Below are positions 28,238 through 36,163 of a stretch of 64,000 nt of DNA, in pieces. The stretch is from Dehalococcoidia bacterium. GTDB taxonomy: Bacteria > Chloroflexota > Dehalococcoidia > UBA2979. The DNA lies in assembly GCA_965262725.1 (NCBI GenBank), contig OZ253555.1:2176001-2240000 (forward strand), in the 5' to 3' direction. A program made the position numbers and the translations under genes. The notes under the pieces were generated by a model that worked only from the letters and a program-made list of their open reading frames with translations, was not told the DNA's origin and did no database searches. Each line of letters opens with the position of its first letter. The stretch's first letter is position 1.

Positions 28238-28992
28238 GGGCGGCGCTCCCCCGTGGCGCCGTCAGGGTGGGAGAACTCGACACCATGGGAGCCGTAGAGC
28301 TCCTCGAGCACCTCGGGCGTGAAGGCCTCCGCGGGCGGACCGTAGGCGCAGACGTGGCGGTTGATGCAGAGCACCCGATCGAAGCGCTCGGCGAGGTTGG
28401 TGAGATCGTGGGTGGCGAGGAGCACGATCCGCCCCTCGTCGCGCAGCGACTGCAGCACCCGCACGATCCCCTCCTGGGCCGCGACGTCGACGCCGCTGAA
28501 CGCCTCGTCGAGCAGGATGATGCGTGCGTCCTGGGCAAGGGCCCGCGCGATGAAGACGCGCTGGCGCTGGCCGCCCGAGAGCTCCGTCATCAGCGCCTGC
28601 CGCCGATCCCACAGGCGGACGCGCTCGAGGCAGGCGCGGGCCACCTCGCGGTCCTGCGTGCTCAGGCGCCGGTACCACGCGATGTGACTGGACCGCCCCA
28701 TCATCACCACGTCGAGGGCCGTCGCGGGGAAGTTCCAGTTGATGGAGTCGCGCTGCGGGACGTACGCGAGCGCCCCGCGGCGATCCTCCGTTCCGCGCAA
28801 CGTGACCGTGCCCCGCGTGATGGGATGCACGCCCGCGATCGCGTCGAAGAGCGTGCTCTTGCCGGCGCCGTTCGGACCGAGCACGCCCATCAGCGTGCCG
28901 CGATCGACCTCGAAGGTGACGTCCTCAAGCGCCTGGTACCCGTCGTGCTCTACGACGACGCCCGCGACCGCGATCCCGGGCTCAGAGTGCAT
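28234..28992 (-). CDS. Zn/Mn ABC transporter ATP-binding protein
   Basis: GPNGAGKS, 'YVPQ', LSGGQRQR, LLDE, 'THDL'. Confidence 0.94.
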   Translation of the reverse strand: MHSEPGIAVAGVVVEHDGYQALEDVTFEVDRGTLMGVLGPNGAGKSTLFDAIAGVHPITRGTVTLRGTEDRRGALAYVPQRDSINWNFPATALDVVMMGRSSHIAWYRRLSTQDREVARACLERVRLWDRRQALMTELSGGQRQRVFIARALAQDARIILLDEAFSGVDVAAQEGIVRVLQSLRDEGRIVLLATHDLTNLAERFDRVLCINRHVCAYGPPAEAFTPEVLEELYGSHGVEFSHPDGATGERRP

Positions 28993-29070
28993 GCTGCGCC
29001 ACCTCCGCGGCAGCCGCGGCTATCCGCTACCGCGCGCGATTCCTGCCGCGACCCCTGCGCGACAACGCGC

Positions 29071-30276
29071 TCACCTCAGCGCCTCGACGATGCGCGCGAC
29101 GTTCGTGCGCACCATCTCGAGGTAGGTCTCTGCGCCGCTACCCCGGACGCCGAGCGACCCGGAGTAGAGCCGGACCAGCTCCGCACCCGACTCCTCAGCC
29201 ACCGCCGCGGCAAGCCGCTCGCTCACCGTCGTCTCGCCGAAGACGGCCGGCACGCCGAACTCCTCTATCTCGTGGACCAGCTCCGCGAGGTCGGTCGCCG
29301 ACGGCGTTGCCTCGGTGGTGGTGGAGAGGATAACGCCGACCACGTCGAAGCCGTAGAGCGCGGCGAAGTAGCCCAGGCTGTCGTGGGAGGTCAGGAGCAG
29401 TCGCCGGTGCTCCGGCACGGCCACGACCTGCTCCGCCGTCCAGCCGTGCAGCAGGTCGAGCTCCGCCCTGTAGGCCGACGCGCCGGCCCGGTACGCGTCG
29501 CCCCGCTCGGGGTCGAGCTCCGTGAGGCGCGCGGCGATCGCGTCGACGGCGAGCTTCACACGGAGCGGATCGAACCAGAAGTGGGGGTCGTAGAGGCCGT
29601 GGCCGTGGTCGTCGTGCTCGCCCTCCTCCTCGCCGACGAGCCCCTCGATGGCCTCGATCGCGGCGGAGGGCCCCCTGCGCCCGGCCTCGGCCTCCTGGAT
29701 GACCGCGAGGACCATCTCGACTACGTCCTCGTCCGCTTCGCGGTGCTCGTCGTCCTCCCCGTCGCCAGCGAGCATCGCCGCGATCTGCCGCAGGGCCTCC
29801 TCGGCGTCGACCTCGCCCTCCTCGACCTCGTGGACGATCTCCTCCAGCTCCTCGAGGAACACGATCTCATCCGCGTGGGACGCGCCGAACTCGAGGGGAT
29901 CGATGAGCTCGCCGAGCTCCACGATCGCCGACGGATCCTGAGAGGCGTTCTCGAGGAGCTCCACGAGCCACGACCCCTCAAGGCCGAGGCCGACCGCCAG
30001 CACCAGGTGGGCGTCGGCGATTCTCGCCACGTCGCGCGCTCCGGGCTGGAACGAGTGAGGGTCGGCTCCGACCGGCACCAGGCTGAAGACGTCGACGTGC
30101 TCACCGCCGACGTTCTCGACCCAGTCGGCGACGACGTTCGTGGTCGTGACCACGCGGACGCGAGGGTCCGCGCCGGCGCCACCGCCGCCGGAGCTGCCGC
30201 CCCCGCACGCGGCGAGAAGCGCCAGTCCGGCGACCAGGGCGAGCGGCGCGAGCGCTGCCATCGTCGCGTGGCGCAT
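29071..30276 (-). CDS. Zn/Mn ABC transporter substrate-binding lipoprotein
   Basis: LAAC lipobox; 'DPHSF', 'DPHFW', 'HDSLGYF'. Confidence 0.93.
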   Translation of the reverse strand: MRHATMAALAPLALVAGLALLAACGGGSSGGGGAGADPRVRVVTTTNVVADWVENVGGEHVDVFSLVPVGADPHSFQPGARDVARIADAHLVLAVGLGLEGSWLVELLENASQDPSAIVELGELIDPLEFGASHADEIVFLEELEEIVHEVEEGEVDAEEALRQIAAMLAGDGEDDEHREADEDVVEMVLAVIQEAEAGRRGPSAAIEAIEGLVGEEEGEHDDHGHGLYDPHFWFDPLRVKLAVDAIAARLTELDPERGDAYRAGASAYRAELDLLHGWTAEQVVAVPEHRRLLLTSHDSLGYFAALYGFDVVGVILSTTTEATPSATDLAELVHEIEEFGVPAVFGETTVSERLAAAVAEESGAELVRLYSGSLGVRGSGAETYLEMVRTNVARIVEALR

Positions 30277-30324
30277 CGGGGCGTCCTCGCCGTGCCGCCG
30301 GCCGCGCCGGCGGGCGCGTCCGAG

Positions 30325-30357
30325 TGATACCCTGTATCAGGGAGACACAGTATCAGG
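30325..30357. promoter_or_regulatory. Candidate operator upstream of the metal ABC operon
   Basis: AT-richer island with the palindrome TGATAC-cct-GTATCA and a second GTATCAGG half-site. Confidence 0.5.
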
Positions 30358-30459
30358 CCGAGACGCGCGGGACAACGCCGGGGGTCGCCCGCTTGTCGGC
30401 CCTTGCGTGGCGGGCTCGGGTCGCCTCGGCGCGGGGCGGGGTCGGTGCCTCGCTCCCCG

Positions 30460-32283
30460 TCAGTCCCGCAGGCGCAGCACGGCCATGAAGGCCTCCTGAG
30501 GGATCTCGACGGAGCCGAGCATCTTCATCCGCTTCTTGCCCGCCTTTTGCGCCTCGAGCAGCTTGCGCTTGCGGCTGACGTCGCCGCCGTAGCACTTGGA
30601 GAGCACGTTCTTCCGGAGCGCGCGCACCGTTTCGCGGGCGACGATCCGCCCGCCGACGGCGGCCTGGATCGGCACGTCGAAGAGCTGCCTCGGTATCAGC
30701 TCCTTCAGGTGCCCGACCATGCGCCGCCCACTCGCCGCCGCATCCCCGGAGGGGACGATCGCGGAGAGGGCGTCGACCGGCTCGCCGTTCACGAGCACGT
30801 CGAGCCGCACCACGCGCGCCGGCCGGTAGGAGGCGAACTGGTAGTCGAGGGAGGCGTAGCCGGAGGTGCGCGATTTCAGCTGGTCGTAGAAGTCGACGAG
30901 GATCTCCGAGAGCGGCACCAGATACGCCGCGAGGACGCGGGCGTCGCCCTGCTCGACGTTGCTTCCGGCGTCGAGGTAGTCGAGCTTCTCGAACTCGCCC
31001 CGGTGCTCCTCCATCAGCCCCATCACCGCGCCGACGAAGCGGACCGGCAGCGTGATCGCGACGCGCACCCAGGGCTCGCGGATCTCGGCGGTGTGGTTCG
31101 GCGGGGGAAGCCTCGCCGGGGAATCGACCACCGACTCCGCCCCGTCGGTGAGCGTGACCCGGTACTCGACGCTCGGCGCTGTCGCGACGAGATCGAGGTC
31201 GAACTCGCGCTCGAGGCGCTCCTGCACGATCTCCATGTGGAGGAGTCCCAGGAAGCCGCAGCGGAAGCCGAAGCCGAGCGCCGCCGAGCTCTCCGGCTGC
31301 CAGGCGAGCGAGGCGTCGTTCAGCGAGAGCTTCTCCAGCGCCTCGCGAAGCTGCGGGTACTGGTTGGCATCGGAGGGATAGAGGCCGGCGAAGACCATCG
31401 ACTTTGCCGGCGCGTACCCGGGGAGCGGCGCCTCGGCGCCGCGCACGGCCGTCGTCACGGTGTCGCCGACGCGCGCCTCACCGACACCCTTGAGGCCGGT
31501 CGCGATATAGCCGACCTGGCCGGTCTCCAGGGCCCCGGCGGGCGTCAGCTGCGGACGGAAGCAACCGACCTCAAGTGGCTCGAAGCGGCGCCCCTGCTGG
31601 ATCAGACGCAGACCCGCGCGCCCGTCGAGGCGGCCGTCGACGACGCGCACGTAGAGCACCACCCCCTTGAACGAATCGTATGCGGCGTCCAGCACGAGCG
31701 CCCTCAGCGGCGCGCTGGCGTCGCCCGAGGGCGGGGGCACGTCGCGGACCACCGCCTCCAGCACCGCCTCCACGCCCTCGCCGGTCCGCGCCGAGGCGAA
31801 GCGGATCTGGTCGCGCTCGAAGCCGATGACGTCGACGAGCTCCTGCGCCACGCGCTGCGGGTCGGCGAGCGGCGCGTCCACCTTGTTGACGACGGGCACG
31901 AGCGTGAGATCGAGCTCGATGGCCTGGTAGACGGTGGCGAGCGTCTGCGCCTGGATGCCCTGCGTCGCGTCCACCACCACCACGGCGCCCTCGCAGGCCG
32001 CGAGCGCGCGCGACACCTCGTACGTGAAGTCGACGTGACCCGGCGTGTCGATGAGGTTGAGCTCGTAGCTGTTCCCGTCCGCGGCACGGAAGTCGAGGCG
32101 CACGGCCTGCGCCTTGATGGTGATCCCCTTCTCGCGCTCGAGCTCCATCTGGTCGAGCAGCTGCTCGCGCATCTCACGGGCGGCGACCGCGCCCGTCCGC
32201 TCCAGCATGCGGTCGGCGAGTGTCGACTTGCCGTGATCGATGTGCGCGACGATCGAAAAGTTGCGGATGCGCCTCTGCTCCAC
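30460..32283 (-). CDS. lepA: Elongation factor 4 (LepA)
   Basis: 'IRNFSIVAHIDHGKST', 'DTPGHVDF', 'GFRCGFLGLLH', 'KCYGGD'. Confidence 0.98.
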   Translation of the reverse strand: MEQRRIRNFSIVAHIDHGKSTLADRMLERTGAVAAREMREQLLDQMELEREKGITIKAQAVRLDFRAADGNSYELNLIDTPGHVDFTYEVSRALAACEGAVVVVDATQGIQAQTLATVYQAIELDLTLVPVVNKVDAPLADPQRVAQELVDVIGFERDQIRFASARTGEGVEAVLEAVVRDVPPPSGDASAPLRALVLDAAYDSFKGVVLYVRVVDGRLDGRAGLRLIQQGRRFEPLEVGCFRPQLTPAGALETGQVGYIATGLKGVGEARVGDTVTTAVRGAEAPLPGYAPAKSMVFAGLYPSDANQYPQLREALEKLSLNDASLAWQPESSAALGFGFRCGFLGLLHMEIVQERLEREFDLDLVATAPSVEYRVTLTDGAESVVDSPARLPPPNHTAEIREPWVRVAITLPVRFVGAVMGLMEEHRGEFEKLDYLDAGSNVEQGDARVLAAYLVPLSEILVDFYDQLKSRTSGYASLDYQFASYRPARVVRLDVLVNGEPVDALSAIVPSGDAAASGRRMVGHLKELIPRQLFDVPIQAAVGGRIVARETVRALRKNVLSKCYGGDVSRKRKLLEAQKAGKKRMKMLGSVEIPQEAFMAVLRLRD

Positions 32284-32397
32284 GGGCCCATCGTAACCGG
32301 CGGGGGAGCTGCGCGGTTTCGGGGCGTGCGCGACGAGGGGGCCGTGAGGCCCCCTCGCTCTGCCGTCAGCCGGTCGCGGAGATGCCCGCGATCGCGA

Positions 32398-33423
32398 CTA
32401 GACCCGGTGGCACGCCACCCAGTGCTCGGTCGCCACCTCTCGCCACTCCGGGATCTGCTCGTAGCAGGGGTCGATCGCGATGGGGCAGCGCGTGTTGAAG
32501 ACGCAGCCCGGCGGGGGCCTCATCGGCGACGGCACGTCACCGGTGAGGATAATCCGCTCGCGCGCGCGCTCGATGACCGGGTCGGTGATCGGCACCGCCG
32601 ACATCAGCGCCTTGGTGTAGGGGTGCAGCGGGTTCTTGTAGAGCTCGACGGAGCTCGCGAGCTCCATCATCTTCCCCAGGTACATGACTGCGACGCGGTC
32701 GGAGATGTGCCGCACCACGGCCAGGTCGTGCGCGATGAAGAGATAGGTGAGGTTGAACTCCGACTGCAGATCCTCGAGCAGGTTGATCACTTGCGCCTGG
32801 ATCGAGACGTCGAGCGCCGAGACCGGCTCGTCGCAGACGATGAAGTCGGGCTCCACCGCGAGCGCGCGCGCGATGCCGATGCGCTGCCGCTGGCCCCCCG
32901 AGAACTCGTGCGGGAAGCGGCGCGCGAAGTACGGGTTGAGCCCCACCGCGTTGAGCAGGTACGAGACGCGGTCACGCCGCTCAGCCCCCTTGTAGAGACC
33001 GTGGATCGTCATCGGCTCGGAGACGATGTCCTGCACGCTCATGCGCGGGTTCAGCGAGGAATACGGATCCTGGAAGACCATCTGCATGCGCCGGCGGAAG
33101 CGGCGCAGCGCCGAGCCCTTGAGCTCGGTGAGCTCGTTGCCGTCGAGCTTGACCGATCCCTCGGTCGGCCGGACCAGCTGGAGGATGCTGCGCCCGGTCG
33201 TCGACTTCCCGCATCCCGACTCGCCCACGAGTCCCAGCGTCTCGCCGCGCTTCACGAAGAAGTCGATACCGTCGACGGCGCGGATGTCCGCCACCTTGCG
33301 CTGGAAGAGGCCGGCCGTGACGGGGAAGTAAACGCGCAGCCCCTCGACGCTCAGCAGGTGGTCGGGTGCTTCGGCGCCGCCGGAGCGCTCGGCGACGGCG
33401 GTGTCTGTGTTCTCGCTGGTCAT
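32398..33423 (-). CDS. oppF: Oligopeptide/dipeptide ABC transporter ATP-binding protein (OppF-like)
   Basis: GESGCGKS, '[11 protein letters not shown]', 'HPYT', C-terminal Cys motif. Confidence 0.92.
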   Translation of the reverse strand: MTSENTDTAVAERSGGAEAPDHLLSVEGLRVYFPVTAGLFQRKVADIRAVDGIDFFVKRGETLGLVGESGCGKSTTGRSILQLVRPTEGSVKLDGNELTELKGSALRRFRRRMQMVFQDPYSSLNPRMSVQDIVSEPMTIHGLYKGAERRDRVSYLLNAVGLNPYFARRFPHEFSGGQRQRIGIARALAVEPDFIVCDEPVSALDVSIQAQVINLLEDLQSEFNLTYLFIAHDLAVVRHISDRVAVMYLGKMMELASSVELYKNPLHPYTKALMSAVPITDPVIERARERIILTGDVPSPMRPPPGCVFNTRCPIAIDPCYEQIPEWREVATEHWVACHRV

Positions 33424-33432
33424 GGCCACTCC

Positions 33433-34470
33433 CTACGCCGTCGCGACCACGCGGGCGGACTCGGCCGCAGCCGCGGAGAGGTCCCGGGTCTTTTCGTCCG
33501 TCCGCGGATCTCGCCAGCAGGCGGCGAAGTGCCCGCCCGCCTTCTCCTCGAGCGGGGGCGCCTCATCCTCGCACTTGTCGATAACCCAGTCGCAGCGCGG
33601 CGCGAAGGGGCACCCGGGGATGGCTGCGATGAGCAGCGGGGGCTGCCCCTCCAGCGTGGCGAGCCGCTCGTGCTCGATCGCGTCGAGGCGCGGCACCGAG
33701 CGGAGCAGGCCCACTGTGTAGGGATGCCGCGGTTCGTGAAAGATGTCGACGACCGTGCCGGTCTCGATGATCTTGCCGGCGTACATGACGTTGACGTTGT
33801 CGACGTAGCGCGCGACGACGCCGAGGTTGTGCGTGATCAGCACCACGGCGGTCCCGAGCTCGCGCGCAAGGCGCGCGATGATGTCGAGGATCTGCGCCTG
33901 GATGGTGACGTCGAGCGCGGTCGTCGGCTCATCTGCGAGCAGGAGCTTCGGGTTGCAGGCGAGCGCCATCGCGATCATGGCGCGCTGACGCATGCCGCCC
34001 GAGAACTGGTGCGGGTAGTCGTCGATACGCTCCACGGCGTCGGGGATGCCGACCATCTCGAGAAGCTCGACGGCGCGCGCCCGGGACTCCGCCTCCTCCA
34101 GCCCCATGTGGAGCCGGATAACCTCGATGATCTGGTTGCCGATGGTGAGAACCGGGTTCAGGGAGGTCATCGGCTCCTGGAAGACCATCGCGATGCGGTT
34201 GCCGCGGATGTGCCTCATCTCCGCGTTGGAGATCTTCAGCAGGTCCTGTCCCTCGAAGAGGATCTCGCCGTCGACGATGCGCCCCGGCGGGTTGGGGATC
34301 AGGCGCAGGATCGAGAGCGCCGTCACGGACTTGCCGCAACCCGACTCGCCCACCAGCCCGAGCGTCTGCCCCTCCTCGAGGTCCCAGGTCACGCCGTCGA
34401 CGGCACGAACGGTCCCGTCCTCCGTGAAGAAGTAGGTGCGCAGGTCGTTGATCTCGAGCAGCTTGGCCAT
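33433..34470 (-). CDS. oppD: Oligopeptide/dipeptide ABC transporter ATP-binding protein (OppD-like)
   Basis: GESGCGKS, 'FQEPMTSLNP', 'PHQFSGGMRQR', 'HPYT'. Confidence 0.92.
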   Translation of the reverse strand: MAKLLEINDLRTYFFTEDGTVRAVDGVTWDLEEGQTLGLVGESGCGKSVTALSILRLIPNPPGRIVDGEILFEGQDLLKISNAEMRHIRGNRIAMVFQEPMTSLNPVLTIGNQIIEVIRLHMGLEEAESRARAVELLEMVGIPDAVERIDDYPHQFSGGMRQRAMIAMALACNPKLLLADEPTTALDVTIQAQILDIIARLARELGTAVVLITHNLGVVARYVDNVNVMYAGKIIETGTVVDIFHEPRHPYTVGLLRSVPRLDAIEHERLATLEGQPPLLIAAIPGCPFAPRCDWVIDKCEDEAPPLEEKAGGHFAACWRDPRTDEKTRDLSAAAAESARVVATA

Positions 34471-34567
34471 CAGTCCCCCTCTTGGGCGATCTCCCGCGTC
34501 CCCTGCACCCCGCACTCGGCCGCCAGTGCCGACCGCTCGCTCATGCTCTCCCGCGAACTCTGCGAGG

Positions 34568-34652
34568 TGGTGGGGAAGAGGAGATTCGAACTCCCACGCC
34601 TCGCGGCACATGATCCTAAATCATGCTCGTCTACCGGTTCCGACACTTCCCC
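34568..34652 (-). tRNA. tRNA-Leu (anticodon TAG)
   Basis: 85-nt cloverleaf with long variable arm, CATGA-TTTAGGA-TCATG anticodon arm, GTTCGAATC, encoded CCA. Confidence 0.96.
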
Positions 34653-34707
34653 TCGACACCGTTCCCACGGCTACGGGAGCCCGCGCTCGGCCGCGGCCCG
34701 GTGCGTT

Positions 34708-34783
<76 letters not shown>

Positions 34784-34789
34784 GCCTCG

Positions 34790-34819
34790 ACTCTACTCCG
34801 CCGCACCGCTCGGCGTCAC
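34790..34819 (-). promoter_or_regulatory. Sigma70-type promoter for the tRNA-Lys/Leu pair
   Basis: GTGACG-N18-TAGAGT, ending 6 nt before tRNA-Lys. Confidence 0.6.
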
Positions 34820-35117
34820 GGCCTGCGTGGCCGCGACCCGTGCCGACGCGACATCGGCGTTCTTCCGGCCGCTCGGCGGCGGGACCGTATCAGGCGAATT
34901 CGCGGGGTGTCAACGATTCGCGGGGTTGCCAGTGTTCCCCTCCGGACGCTGGGGAAGGTCATTCCCCACCCTCCGGGAGTGAGGGCCGGGGCCTCCCAGG
35001 GCGTGCAGCCGGGACGGGGCGCCGGCAGCGCTCTGCGAGATGGCTCCGCCGGGCACGGAACCCTGCGGGGACGGCGGCGGCTCCCTCAGGGGATCCCCCG
35101 CGCAACCGCCTTCGGAT

Positions 35118-35771
35118 TCAGTAGAGGTGTGGCTGGACGTAGGAGGCGATCGAGAGCTCCAGGTCGAGGATGACCTGGGACATCGCCTGGCTGATGAGGT
35201 CGAGCTTCCGCACCTGCTCGATGCGCGCGGAGACGTTCTCCAACTCCTGCCGGGAGAGTAGCCGGTCGAAGATCCCGCACGCATGGGCCAGGGCAATGAT
35301 CACGACGTCCCGTGGATCCGGGATCGCGTCGCTGAACAGCACCTCCATGATGCGCAGCTTGACCTCGCGCTCGGCCTCGCCCTGGAGCAACGGATAGCGC
35401 CTCGACCGGAAGACCCAGAGGAAGCGCTCCTCGCGCTCCTCCAGGATCCCGTGGTCCACCAGCCGGACGAGCGCCTCCTGGCGGACCTCGTCGGCGCGGT
35501 TCGCCGTGCGCTGCACCCAGAAGCGGGCGTCGCCGCCCTCGTGCGATCCGATGTCGGCGAGCGTGGGGTCGAGCAGGCTGTCGCCCAGGGGCGTCGCGTC
35601 CAGAACGATCAGCCGGTCGAGGTCGGTGTCGATCCGGTTCTCGAGCGCTAGATCCATCAGCACGCCGCCGGCGAGCGCGTAGTCCAGGGAGGCGCGGGGG
35701 ACGCGCGCGAAGGTCCCGTCCGTGTCGTCGAGCAACAGCAGGATGATCTCCTCGGCGAATCTGAGTTTGAT
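35118..35771 (-). CDS. GPP34/GOLPH3-family (Golgi phosphoprotein 3-like) protein
   Basis: 'LRFAEEIILLLLDD..G', 'LAGGVLMDLALENRI', 'LVDHGIL......LWVF...RYP'; start inferred at ATC. Confidence 0.8.
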   Translation of the reverse strand: MKLRFAEEIILLLLDDTDGTFARVPRASLDYALAGGVLMDLALENRIDTDLDRLIVLDATPLGDSLLDPTLADIGSHEGGDARFWVQRTANRADEVRQEALVRLVDHGILEEREERFLWVFRSRRYPLLQGEAEREVKLRIMEVLFSDAIPDPRDVVIIALAHACGIFDRLLSRQELENVSARIEQVRKLDLISQAMSQVILDLELSIASYVQPHLY

Positions 35772-35823
35772 CGTCCCCTGCCTTCCACGCTCTCGCCGTT
35801 CGTGCCAACCGTTATGTCGACCG

Positions 35824-35900
35824 TGGTGGGCGATAGTGGATTCGAACCACTGACCTCTGCGATGTCAACGCAGCGCTCTAACCAACTGAGCTAACCGCCC
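35824..35900 (-). tRNA. tRNA-Val (anticodon GAC)
   Basis: 77 nt; CTGCG-TTGACAT-CGCAG; GTTCGAATC; encoded CCA. Confidence 0.97.
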
Positions 35901-36163
35901 ACGCCGACGGCGCGAGCGTAGCACGGGCTTGCTGCGAGCGGTGCAGCCCCGAGCCCGGTCCGGAGCCCCGGCAGCGGCTGCTGCGGGCGGTCCCCGTCAC
36001 CGGAAATGGCGGTACCATGGCGGGCCGCGGGACCGCGTCCGGCGGAGCCCTGCGCGGCAGGCGTGGTGGTCCCTCCCGCCAGCGCGCGGGAGTTGTTCTG
36101 CCTCCGCCGGCACGGCGGGCGGCGGGGCGCTCGTCGGCGGCCCGGGGTGAGGGGAGCGGTGCG

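Noticed and set aside
33433-34611. Extended N-terminus of oppD in the ORF track
   Set aside because: The extension runs through tRNA-Leu; the ATG at 34470 has its own SD and the family N-terminus.
34784-35823. tRNA-integrated genomic island
   Set aside because: No integrase and no visible duplicate of a tRNA 3' end (att site).
36060-36100. T-box riboswitch before thrS
   Set aside because: TGGTCCC resembles the bulge, but helix A1 cannot close and no Stem I or specifier loop is visible.
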